This document shows positions 16,384-25,298 of a stretch of 64,000 nucleotides of DNA, piece by piece. The translations under genes were made by a program, and so were the position numbers. Every line of letters starts with the position of its first letter. Positions within the stretch are counted from its first letter, which is position 1. The DNA comes from Candidatus Omnitrophota bacterium (GTDB taxonomy: Bacteria > Omnitrophota > Gorgyraeia > JABMRN01 > RBG-13-46-9), in assembly GCA_013203315.1 (NCBI GenBank), contig JABMQJ010000020.1:1-64000 (forward strand). The letters are read 5' to 3'. Below the pieces are notes generated by a model. The model did no database searches, was not told the origin of the DNA, and saw only the letters and a program-made list of their open reading frames with translations.

Positions 16384-19300
16384 TTAGAAGTACTTGATCT
16401 TTATGGTTTTTTTCTCGAGGATAAAGTCTTCGTCTTCCAGCTTATCTTTAGGCTCTACCGTTATGGGCCTACTGGCGCTGGGAGAGGCTAATCGATACTG
16501 CTTAGGCAGGCGTTTGGTATCTATGTTAAGCTCGTATTCGCCGGGGTATACGTATTCAAAAATAAAACTTCCGTCAGAAAAAGAATACGTGTCCCTGTAT
16601 TCCGGGGTAAGGAATATCCGCGCATTCGGAACCGGAATATCAAGGTCTTCCTCAAAAATACCGTTATCGTTAACGTCGACGTATATCTTGCCTTCTATTG
16701 TTCCCGCCGCAACAACGATAAAAGTTGTTTCCGAAGTTTTAAGCTGTTCCACCAAGACATCCTTTGTCGCATCGCCTCTTATCATCATGTCAACAGGAAG
16801 GCCCCTCATGTCTAACCTTACTTTTCTCGAGCCGGGTACTACTTTTTTGATAAATGCCTTACCACCGGCGTTTGTCTGGGCGCTTCTTCCTTCAACAACG
16901 TAAGCAAGGACATCTTTCATGCCTTTGTCGTCCTTATCCATTTTTTTGTTTCCGTTTGCGTCCTCAAAAACATATACCTTTATCCTGCCCCATTTCTCAG
17001 GGGTTGTAATATCAAAAACATGCCTGACAAGAAATAGAACGGACCAATCCTGTGTCGACCTGTAGGTATCGTATAAGTCCATGTTATCGGCTTCGTAGGT
17101 TAGGCTAAGGGTCGTGACCGGCGAAGGGTTATAATCAATGCCCGTGGAAAACGAGAATATAGAGCTGTTAGCTACGGTATCCTGGAAGGCGGTCCGCAAC
17201 CTGCAGTCTCCGGAGAAGCTAAGATAGGGCAGCAAATAATACCTGCCTGAGAGGGTCGTGTTCCATACCGATGAGGTCGGCAGGCCGTTCATTGAGAGTT
17301 GTTTTGTTTTTGTCAAATCCTGATAAAGCCTTATATAAGAACCGTTTAATTCCGGGAAATATTTATACAGGGTAGCGGATGCCATGTGATAAAAATTACT
17401 GCCGGTACTTCCGCCGAGCGGGTCGGCTCTGTAATATTGATATCCCAACTGCAAGGAGGCTGTTCCCATGGTTTTGTAATAATCGAAGGAGTAGGTTTTG
17501 TAATAGCTTCCGGAAGCGTCCTCGTTGCCTCCGTCCGTAAGGTTGCGACCGTAGTTCCAACCGAAAGAAATATTCTGATCATAGGGGAGCCTGTAGTTGA
17601 ACCCCGTGTACGCGCTCCTTGTATACGAGGTAGTCTCGTCTTTGTTGAAAGCGACGTTATCCCTGCTTACGGTTCCCGACATATTGAGGCTAAAGTCTTT
17701 ACTTATTTTAAAGCTTGAACCTATGTCCCAGCCCATGTAGTCCTGATATGTCGTGGGAATACCGATAGACGCGTATTTATCCCCGATAAACTCGAAAGAA
17801 GTGTTCATGTTAAAACGATCGTGCTTGTATTTTATTCCTGTTTTATAATCGAGATCGCTTACAAGTTTATCGCGCTCGTTATCGGGAAAATAGTTTGATT
17901 GGGCATAAGTGTTGTAGAAATTAAAATTCGGAAATACCTGCCAGTCGCTATCCAGTAAATAAACAAAATTCTTTCTCGGATGAGCGGTGGCGCCTGAGTC
18001 CTCTGAAAATTCGGCTTTGTTATATACATACAGTTCCGTCGCGGAAAATTTGAACGTGTCTGTGTCGACCCAATCCTGTTTGGAAGCGTAGAGTTCCCCG
18101 AAATACTTCACGGTACCGCTACCTTCAGACCTGGGGATAGATATAGCGTCCATCTCACCTGCCCAGAAAGTGGCCTTTACGGGGGCGTCCTTCTCGGCGT
18201 AGTCCATTTCAACGCCCCAATACGGCTGCGACTGCGCTCTTACACTGGGAAGTCTCATGTAATTATCAAGTAGCTTCAGCGTGTTGTTGTTCTTGGAAAA
18301 GGATAAGTGCTGGGCATCTTCTTTCCATGTGTGCTTATCCGATGTATCATAGTCCCTCATGCTCAAATGGCCAAAAACATCCAAATCGTGTATCCTGCCA
18401 TTCAGGTAATATTCGTTATACCTCGTGCGCTTTTCTTCAAACATGTCCTCAAAATACCTGAAACTTGCGTCTAGCTTTAAGTCTATGTCGGGTTGATATT
18501 CTGCCGGCAAAAGTTCTTCTCTCACTTCGCGGGGTAATTTGGGGACATCTATTTCTGCTGCCTCTTTCTTCTCTATTTCCTCAAGCGACATCGGGGGCTT
18601 TTCAATCGTGAACATGGTGAGCTCCGGCTTTTCGCCTCTTGTAAATTTCACAAGATTTTCTTCGGGGAAATACTTGTATGAAATGCCGGTTGCATCCTTA
18701 ACTGAGCCCAGGCTTAACAAAAAATTGTCATTATAAATAGCTAAAGGCTTGCGCATGGTAAGAAACGGCTGCTTGCTTACAAGGCCTTCGGTTTTGCCTA
18801 CATTCATTTCGAGGGGGATACCGTCATATCTTATGATAATAACAGTCAGGGCTGCGGGCTTCATAAATGTGAGCCCTATCTGATCGGTAAGCTCTTTAAG
18901 AGGGGTCCAAATCTCGTTTCCCTTGCGCAGGCATGGGCTTTCAAACTCAAATTTTTTACCCGCGAATTCAAAGGCTATATTTCGGTCTATTTCGTAACCG
19001 GAGAAATCATATCCGGTCGGCCTCATCCTTCTTGCCTCCACCCATTCGCCTTCCGGGATTCTTTCCACTTCCTCAACCGTGACTTCAGGGGTTTCCAGGA
19101 AAGCGGGTTCCTCTTCGGTAATAAGCGTTCCTCCAGGAATTTCTTCTTCACGCAAGAGAGCAAGTGGTTCTGTTTCTTCCGGGGTAACCTCCTCGACGGT
19201 AACTTCCGCTATAACTTCCTCTATGGTAAGTCCCTTGACGGCATCTTCTTCGACGGCAACTTCCCTTACGGGCTCTGAGACACGCTCCCTGCGAGTTTTC

Positions 19301-20877
19301 TTCCCGGCAAACTTTTTTCTTAAAGCGTTTATAAAATTTTTGAAACCGTTCAGCATACCGGCGCGCCTTCCGGAGCCGACAAGGGAGGCTTCTGTGGCTG
19401 CCTGCTTTCCGGCTTCCCTGGATAACGCAACGAAATTACCCACCGTTTCAGTATTTTGTTTAAGCCCATCGCCTACTTGTTTGGCGTATTCATTTATGCG
19501 CTGGCTTGGGGATGCTGCCGGTGCAATTTCAGCTTCCTCGGTAACGCTTACAATTTCCTTGGGGGCATCGCCTGTTATGCTTTCTCTTTCGGCGGTTACA
19601 AGGGGTGTAGTACTTGCATAATTTCTTAAACGCGTTGCTGTGCTGTCTAGATTTGCCTTCAAGTCGGTGCGCCTTTCAGAATTAATGAAATATACCTCTT
19701 CGGTTACTTTCCTTCCGACCCCCCTTGATGTCGTAATGAATCTTCCGATATTAATGATTCCGTTTTTTATATATTTTCCGAAATTCGGTAGCTCTCTTTG
19801 GGGCAGGATTCTTTCTCTTTGAGGAGCCATCTCTTGGGGGGCTATTCTTCTTTCCTGGGTTAATCTTTCAGGAACCCTAAGCGGCTTAGAGATTTTCTCT
19901 AATATTGCGGGTTTTTTTACTTCTGCGGCTCGCTTCGGCATGATACTCGCTACCAGTGATGTTGTCGCAGCAGGTTTTCTTTTTGCGGGTTTTGCAATAA
20001 CCGGTTTTTCGACAATCGGCGTTTCCCGGGTAACTTCTTCGATTTCAGGTTCTCTCGTAACTGTGATTTCAGCTGCTTCTTCAAGTTCTTTTATTTTCTC
20101 TTTGCAGCTCCTGACAGCTATTTGTGTCATGTTTTTTGTAATCGATATACGCCTCTTTTTTTCCGGGAAATCTTCCTCGAGGTTATTTAGTATTTTTAAA
20201 ACGGTTTTATAATTTTTAAGCGCTACCAGGAATCTCTGGTTCTCTGCGTCAACGGAGGCTTTTTCTAAAAGACGGGTTATTTTCTCTATTTCCCTGGAAA
20301 ACGTTCTGTCTTCCGCCGCCTTGCCGCTAAGGGCGTCTATTTCGTCTCTTAAAACACTTTCCTTGCTTTCTATGAGGCGTAGGAGAAGTTTGGCCTCTCT
20401 ATTGTCGGAAGCGCCTTTTAAAACGAATTCTATCTCGGTTCTGGCGTGGCTATACTTCTTAAGCGCGACGTAATAACGGCCTTCGTTTTTCTGGTCTTCC
20501 GCGGTGTCGATTAGATTATATGCGTTTTCCAGTTTTTCTTTATATGTATATTTGCTGTTAATATCTTGTTCAATATGGCGTATCTGGGTCTTACATTCTT
20601 CGATTTTATTTTCCGTGAGATCTTTTAAAAGTGATATACGCTTATTTTGCGGTTCGCTATCCAGGATGTTTCGGGCAATTGCCAGCGCTTCTTCGTACTT
20701 TTGCAGGGCAAACATGAATCTCTGGTCTTCATAAAAACAAGCGCCTTCTTCGACAAGGCTTAAAACGTCGTTTTCGTTTCCGCTGATTTTGGCATAGGAG
20801 TACCCCCAGGAGCCAAAAGTTATAAAAAGGCTCATGATCAAAGTCAACGAAATTAACGAAATCTGCCTTTTTCTCAT
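16384..20877 (-). CDS. Usher-like outer membrane protein (1497 aa)
   Basis: Signal peptide, three helical repeats, acidic linker, copper-amine-oxidase-N-like domain, long beta-barrel region, two C-terminal SdrD-B-like domains (VFEDANGNKKMD; IYVDVNDNGIFE), ends IKYF; follows the chaperone and pilin genes. Confidence 0.7.
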   Translation of the reverse strand: MRKRQISLISLTLIMSLFITFGSWGYSYAKISGNENDVLSLVEEGACFYEDQRFMFALQKYEEALAIARNILDSEPQNKRISLLKDLTENKIEECKTQIRHIEQDINSKYTYKEKLENAYNLIDTAEDQKNEGRYYVALKKYSHARTEIEFVLKGASDNREAKLLLRLIESKESVLRDEIDALSGKAAEDRTFSREIEKITRLLEKASVDAENQRFLVALKNYKTVLKILNNLEEDFPEKKRRISITKNMTQIAVRSCKEKIKELEEAAEITVTREPEIEEVTRETPIVEKPVIAKPAKRKPAATTSLVASIMPKRAAEVKKPAILEKISKPLRVPERLTQERRIAPQEMAPQRERILPQRELPNFGKYIKNGIINIGRFITTSRGVGRKVTEEVYFINSERRTDLKANLDSTATRLRNYASTTPLVTAERESITGDAPKEIVSVTEEAEIAPAASPSQRINEYAKQVGDGLKQNTETVGNFVALSREAGKQAATEASLVGSGRRAGMLNGFKNFINALRKKFAGKKTRRERVSEPVREVAVEEDAVKGLTIEEVIAEVTVEEVTPEETEPLALLREEEIPGGTLITEEEPAFLETPEVTVEEVERIPEGEWVEARRMRPTGYDFSGYEIDRNIAFEFAGKKFEFESPCLRKGNEIWTPLKELTDQIGLTFMKPAALTVIIIRYDGIPLEMNVGKTEGLVSKQPFLTMRKPLAIYNDNFLLSLGSVKDATGISYKYFPEENLVKFTRGEKPELTMFTIEKPPMSLEEIEKKEAAEIDVPKLPREVREELLPAEYQPDIDLKLDASFRYFEDMFEEKRTRYNEYYLNGRIHDLDVFGHLSMRDYDTSDKHTWKEDAQHLSFSKNNNTLKLLDNYMRLPSVRAQSQPYWGVEMDYAEKDAPVKATFWAGEMDAISIPRSEGSGTVKYFGELYASKQDWVDTDTFKFSATELYVYNKAEFSEDSGATAHPRKNFVYLLDSDWQVFPNFNFYNTYAQSNYFPDNERDKLVSDLDYKTGIKYKHDRFNMNTSFEFIGDKYASIGIPTTYQDYMGWDIGSSFKISKDFSLNMSGTVSRDNVAFNKDETTSYTRSAYTGFNYRLPYDQNISFGWNYGRNLTDGGNEDASGSYYKTYSFDYYKTMGTASLQLGYQYYRADPLGGSTGSNFYHMASATLYKYFPELNGSYIRLYQDLTKTKQLSMNGLPTSSVWNTTLSGRYYLLPYLSFSGDCRLRTAFQDTVANSSIFSFSTGIDYNPSPVTTLSLTYEADNMDLYDTYRSTQDWSVLFLVRHVFDITTPEKWGRIKVYVFEDANGNKKMDKDDKGMKDVLAYVVEGRSAQTNAGGKAFIKKVVPGSRKVRLDMRGLPVDMMIRGDATKDVLVEQLKTSETTFIVVAAGTIEGKIYVDVNDNGIFEEDLDIPVPNARIFLTPEYRDTYSFSDGSFIFEYVYPGEYELNIDTKRLPKQYRLASPSASRPITVEPKDKLEDEDFILEKKTIKIKYF

Positions 20878-20967
20878 CTTAATTTTTTTCCGATATTAAA
20901 AGGAGATCTTCTTGCCACCAAGCGTCTCCTTCCTTGCTGCCCTCACGCAGGCTTTGCTGTGGTTTCC

Positions 20968-21792
20968 TTACTTTACGTTAAAACTTATTTGCCCCCCTAG
21001 GTAATCTTCTCCTCCGTAATCGAGAACTGCCTGAACAAAATACTCTCCCGGCGCAAGCTTCTTTTTGTCATACCTAACTGTAAACTCCCTATTCGTCCGG
21101 GGGAATATGCCGCCGTCCTGCGAATTAAGTAGGAGTTCGGCTACTTCGGTTTTCGAAGAATCTATTATTTTAACCGGGCCGCTTGGTCTTACAAGAATAT
21201 TGCTGTTATTTCTTACCGTGCAGCTTATGTCAAAAGCGCCGTCTTCATCGGGTTTGCTCACCTTTAAACCCTGGAGCTCTACATCATAGCTTTCAGCGCC
21301 TTTAACCGTTACCAAAAAGATTGATCCGAGCCTTATATTTATTGATGCCCCGGTCGTGGCGCTTAACTCATCTGCAGGCGGTGATATTTCAAAAAACACA
21401 ACGCCGTATCTGCCGCCCTTGGCATCTTCCGGAACTTCTACGACATAGCGCACCTTCATCTGGTCCGAAGGTCCCAGATCAAATTCTGTGGGGCCTATTT
21501 TAAGCCAGTCAGCGGCGGTCCAGGGCGTAGTTCCTTCCGGCAGAAAATCATTGCTTCCATCCGGCGCGTAAACAAGGTCGTTTACATAGACCTTTACATG
21601 TATCGTCTCGTTCTGATCGTAGTTGAGAACGGTTACATACCCGCTCTCAGTACCGCCGGGACTAATGGATAGCTTTACCCTCGGCGGATCTATGTTCATT
21701 TTTATCGCATAAGCGGAAAAATTCATTAAAAATAGAAAAATAACTATAGTGCATGCAAATATCGGTTTTTTTATAAACTTAGCAAAACTCAT
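20968..21792 (-). CDS. Periplasmic pilus chaperone (PapD-N/DUF916-like, two Ig domains)
   Basis: Signal peptide; IDPPRV, VTVLN, DWLKIGPTEFDLGP, VRYVV; second domain VRNNSNILVRP...PGEYFVQAVLDYG. Confidence 0.75.
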   Translation of the reverse strand: MSFAKFIKKPIFACTIVIFLFLMNFSAYAIKMNIDPPRVKLSISPGGTESGYVTVLNYDQNETIHVKVYVNDLVYAPDGSNDFLPEGTTPWTAADWLKIGPTEFDLGPSDQMKVRYVVEVPEDAKGGRYGVVFFEISPPADELSATTGASINIRLGSIFLVTVKGAESYDVELQGLKVSKPDEDGAFDISCTVRNNSNILVRPSGPVKIIDSSKTEVAELLLNSQDGGIFPRTNREFTVRYDKKKLAPGEYFVQAVLDYGGEDYLGGQISFNVK

Positions 21793-22292
21793 AATACCTC
21801 CACCATAATGAACCTGATATGTGACGTATAAGAACCTGCTGCTTGGTATTTTGGAATTTGTAAGTTATATTTGAGTTTTATCTGAACCGTTGTGCCCGTA
21901 TTATCACTGCCTGAGCTTGTATATATCAATACCGGTCTCGTCGCGAAATCGCCGGGACTGCCAACGCTGTTTGAAACAAGTCCTCCGCCGTTTACCACCT
22001 GCTCTACTATCCACTGCATGTTCTCCGCCGGTATGGAATGCTGAGCGCTTGTAAACGGGCGCATCATCTGTACCTTAAAATACCACGTTCTTTCGTTATC
22101 GGAGGTAAAATCGAACCTGTGTTCGTAATTACCTTTTCTTGTAATCGATTTTTTTTCGTTCATTTGCATGGTTCCGAAATCAATCGTTTGAAAGCCTTCA
22201 CCTAACGACATTTCAAAGGTCGCAAAAGATCTTGCCTCCATTAGGACTAGAAGCATAAAAACTAAAATAATGAAAATCGGCTTTTTAATCAT
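21789..22292 (-). CDS. Minor pilin-like subunit (class B)
   Basis: Signal peptide; IDFG, TWYFKV; C-terminal AGSYTSHIRFIM. Confidence 0.7.
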   Translation of the reverse strand: MIKKPIFIILVFMLLVLMEARSFATFEMSLGEGFQTIDFGTMQMNEKKSITRKGNYEHRFDFTSDNERTWYFKVQMMRPFTSAQHSIPAENMQWIVEQVVNGGGLVSNSVGSPGDFATRPVLIYTSSGSDNTGTTVQIKLKYNLQIPKYQAAGSYTSHIRFIMVEVL

Positions 22293-22296
22293 CGCT

Positions 22297-22848
22297 TTAC
22301 TCTGTCTCCGTAATAAGATATGCTACTTTCAGGCCGTAATGGCCTCCCATCGCCGAACCCGGCAAATCAAGCTTGTATTGGAATCGCAATATGAGCTCTT
22401 TCCCTATCTCATCTTCTGTGTCGCTTGTATATACAACCTGCGGTTCATCTGAAAATTCCTGCCAACCGGGCGCTGCTATCCCGCGGCCATCTGTATGGTA
22501 TATGCGCCATTTAAAGCTTTCTGGCGGTATCTGATTCCCTTTTGGGCCTATAACTTCATTAAGAATATGTATTTTTACGTAATATTTTCTTCCCTTGTTG
22601 GCAGCACACTTTATTGTATTGTAATATGTGCCTTCTTTTAATGTTACACTATCTCCGGGGTTAACAACGCCAAAATTAATATAATTATTATCAATATTTA
22701 TATCGAAAACGGGAAGGACTACAACTGAGGCAAATATATCTTCTATGTCCTCATCTGCATTGCAAATACAAGGCACCAGGACAGCAAAAACCACCACCAA
22801 TGATGCAAAAACCCCTATTATATTACACTTAGCTCTATATATAGTCAT
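22297..22848 (-). CDS. Minor pilin-like subunit (class B)
   Basis: Signal peptide; INFG, KYYVKI; C-terminal GGHYGLKVAYLITE; paralog of the 21789 gene. Confidence 0.7.
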   Translation of the reverse strand: MTIYRAKCNIIGVFASLVVVFAVLVPCICNADEDIEDIFASVVVLPVFDINIDNNYINFGVVNPGDSVTLKEGTYYNTIKCAANKGRKYYVKIHILNEVIGPKGNQIPPESFKWRIYHTDGRGIAAPGWQEFSDEPQVVYTSDTEDEIGKELILRFQYKLDLPGSAMGGHYGLKVAYLITETE

Positions 22849-22860
22849 TTTAGTAGTATA

Positions 22861-22889
22861 AGTATACCATAAATATGTTTAAAAAGCAA
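22861..22889 (-). promoter_or_regulatory. Internal promoter for the class B pilins, chaperone and usher
   Basis: TTGCTT-N17-TATACT with TG extension. Confidence 0.5.
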
Positions 22890-22957
22890 ATGTCCTTAGT
22901 GTTTTGGCTAAGGCCAAACTAAAGATGCGTAACTTCAAAGTTTTCAATGAGTTACGC

Positions 22958-23551
22958 TTAAGGTGCCGTTGTCATCGTATATGTTACCGACACCGTATAT
23001 GTCCGTTCGGCACTAAGCCCTCTTGGGTCAACGCCAAAGCTAAAAGTTGAGAGCGTTCCGAATGGCGTATTGACCGTATCCAGAGACCCGGAGGTATAGA
23101 TATTTGACGATTCCGTAGGTATCGGCGTCCATTCTACGCTGCCGGCTAGGGTTCCGTCTGTTTGCTGGTTTGCGTTCCTATCCCACGGTTGTGTATAATA
23201 GTACTTTGCGTTACCGGCAAACAAGCCTTCTGAATATACCCCCTGCATTTTTAAATACCATGGCACGCCCATATTACTGATACACACTACCCCTGTATCG
23301 CTCTTTCCGTCATCCTCTTTTCTTCCGTTAGGATATACCAAAGATTTTGTGGGGTCAACATTGCTGAACGGCACGGCTGTAGAGTATATCACGCTCGCGT
23401 CAGTATAAAATTCCATTGAAAATATACTTGTCGCGGTAACGGTGACGTTTGTCGTAAGAGAGCTGTCTAGAGCTATTGCGTTGCTCTGCGCTATCAGAAA
23501 AACGGCCACCAGGGCTAAGATCTTTATATCTATCATTTTATACAAAGACAC
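22958..23551 (-). CDS. Pilin-like subunit (class A)
   Basis: Signal peptide; SIFSMEFYTD, DDGKSD, PWYLKM; C-terminal YTVSVTYTMT. Confidence 0.75.
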   Translation of the reverse strand: MSLYKMIDIKILALVAVFLIAQSNAIALDSSLTTNVTVTATSIFSMEFYTDASVIYSTAVPFSNVDPTKSLVYPNGRKEDDGKSDTGVVCISNMGVPWYLKMQGVYSEGLFAGNAKYYYTQPWDRNANQQTDGTLAGSVEWTPIPTESSNIYTSGSLDTVNTPFGTLSTFSFGVDPRGLSAERTYTVSVTYTMTTAP

Positions 23552-23623
23552 TTTTTTGCCTCCGTTATTAACTTCCTAAAAAAAATTACTTCTTCGACGG
23601 GTTTTAAGTCCTCGCAGTTTAAG

Positions 23624-23697
23624 TAATGACCGATGCATCTCCAGACCACCCAAAGGTCTGCGCGATCGGTGTGTCTTTTAAGACACACCGATCATTA
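23624..23697 (-). ncRNA. Intercistronic RNA structure with two mutually exclusive pairings
   Basis: Arm 23697-23681 pairs either with 23676-23664 (13 bp, perfect) or with 23640-23624 (17 bp, 4 G:U). Confidence 0.55.
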
Positions 23698-23730
23698 TCT
23701 TATCTGCATTACGTTTTCCGAGAAGCAATA

Positions 23731-24309
23731 TTATGCTGTTTCGGTTAACGTATAGGTAATCGTACCAGTATAGGGACCGGGTGCCAATCCTGAGCCATCA
23801 ACCTTGAAGCTCAAAGTTGCCAGTGTTCCCTCCGGTGTATTGGTTTCGTCTGCGGTTCCAGCTGTGTATAAAGTTACAGCAGCGCCCGTGAGATCGAACC
23901 AGGTTAGATCACCATATGTTCGGCCACCATCTGCAGGTGTACCCCAGTTTCGGTTCGTAGGTTGGCCCATGTTACCGGCCAATTTTGTAAGAAGCGGTGA
24001 TGCAGCGTTCATTGCGATTTTCAAATACCAAGGATTTCCCTGGTTTGATTTTATCGTAAGACCTACATCTGATTTACCGTCATCTTGTGCTCTTCCGTCT
24101 GCATAGTTGTATGCACTTGACGGGTCTACAGTGGAAAACGGAATGGCTGTCGAATACAGTACATTCGCGTCCGTGTAAAACGCCATCGAGAATATGCTAC
24201 CAACTGATGCAGTAACGTTTGAATTGAGTGTCTGGTCAGCTGCATAAGAAGCACCTGCTATCGCGATTGCGAATAGCATTACCATAGATGTAATCACTAG
24301 TTTTTTCAT
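23731..24309 (-). CDS. Probable major pilin subunit (class A)
   Basis: GGAGGTG RBS before MKKLVITS (24309); signal peptide; SIFSMAFYTD, DDGKSD, PWYLKI; C-terminal GPYTGTITYTLTETA; own promoter and downstream stem-loop. Confidence 0.78.
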   Translation of the reverse strand: MKKLVITSMVMLFAIAIAGASYAADQTLNSNVTASVGSIFSMAFYTDANVLYSTAIPFSTVDPSSAYNYADGRAQDDGKSDVGLTIKSNQGNPWYLKIAMNAASPLLTKLAGNMGQPTNRNWGTPADGGRTYGDLTWFDLTGAAVTLYTAGTADETNTPEGTLATLSFKVDGSGLAPGPYTGTITYTLTETA

Positions 24310-24390
24310 TTTGTTCACCTCCTTTGTTTTGTTTTTAAATTGTTTTAGTAACCCTTTATTTAGCATTTCTGTTTTTCCCATCATGTCTTT

Positions 24391-24456
24391 AGTATATCAT
24401 ATTTAGTTTTTCCTGTGGTCACGGCTGAGTAACATCAATGTAACATCAATGTAATA
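24391..24456 (-). promoter_or_regulatory. Major pilin promoter: extended -10 plus four 11-bp-period boxes
   Basis: TGaTATACT (-10 at 24396-24391); plus-strand GGTCACG 24417, AGTAACA 24428, TGTAACA 24439, TGTAATA 24450. Confidence 0.65.
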
Positions 24457-24581
24457 AGGCCAGTGAGTCTGAAGCAGGGCTCCATTATATATAATGCGAT
24501 AATTGTGCTAAAATTTCATTAAATACTATAATATAGCAAAAAGCGAGAAAGAGCGGAAAATCTAACTTTTTATACCTAACA

Positions 24582-25184
24582 TCACGCTGAAAGCGTCATC
24601 GTAAACTGAATTTGACACGCATAATTATTGTTAGCGTCTAGCTGGCTTGGGTTAATCGCAAAACTGAAACCGCAGAGGGTGCCCTGCTGCCATGTTTCAG
24701 CGCCCATATTATTTAAATCGTTGGCTCCTGCTGTAAAAATTCTCGCAGGTGATGTGGGAAGGGGCTGCCATCCTTCTATCAGTGCTCCGTTTGAAGACTG
24801 GCCATACCTCATGTTCCATGGTCGCCAAAAACCGTACTTTACCTGCTCTAGGAAAAAACCGCCCGGGCTTCCCTGAATCTTTAAATACCAGGTTTCACCA
24901 AGGTTGCTTTTGCATAATAGGCCTATGTCGTTGTTCCCGTCACCCTGAGAACGATTATCAGCCTGGACCCATGTTTTTGTAGGATCCATATTTGTAAAGG
25001 AAACCTGCGTGGTATATAGATATTTACTAGGTTCGCCCGTATAGAACTCCATCATAAAAATATTGCTAACATCAAAGCTACCTGCAGCTATTACGGTTCT
25101 TGTTTCAGCAAAAGAAGATTGGCCTACAAAGCTTGCGGCCGTTACAGTCAGTAAAAGAGTGGTTATTAAAAATATTTTTTTCAT
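24582..25184 (-). CDS. Pilin-like subunit (class A; possible tip or minor subunit)
   Basis: G-rich RBS before MKKIFLIT (25184); NIFMMEFYT, DGNND, TWYLKI; C-terminal YACQIQFTMT. Confidence 0.72.
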   Translation of the reverse strand: MKKIFLITTLLLTVTAASFVGQSSFAETRTVIAAGSFDVSNIFMMEFYTGEPSKYLYTTQVSFTNMDPTKTWVQADNRSQGDGNNDIGLLCKSNLGETWYLKIQGSPGGFFLEQVKYGFWRPWNMRYGQSSNGALIEGWQPLPTSPARIFTAGANDLNNMGAETWQQGTLCGFSFAINPSQLDANNNYACQIQFTMTLSA

Positions 25185-25298
25185 ATTAGCCCCCCTTAGT
25201 ATCGTTTTATATTCTAACAAAAAAAATGTGCAAAGTAAACAAAAAAAGCTGACTTTTTCATATCTAACTTATTTTTAATAACCCTTAGCCCTTTATCA

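Noticed and set aside
24310-24384. Longer N-terminus of the major pilin given in the ORF track (likewise 52770-52826 and 39689-39751)
   Set aside because: RBS, signal peptide, promoter position or gene overlap support the downstream ATG
24428-24456. CRISPR array, iteron or simple microsatellite
   Set aside because: No spacers, cas or rep genes; better explained as transcription-factor boxes because they recur at a fixed promoter distance
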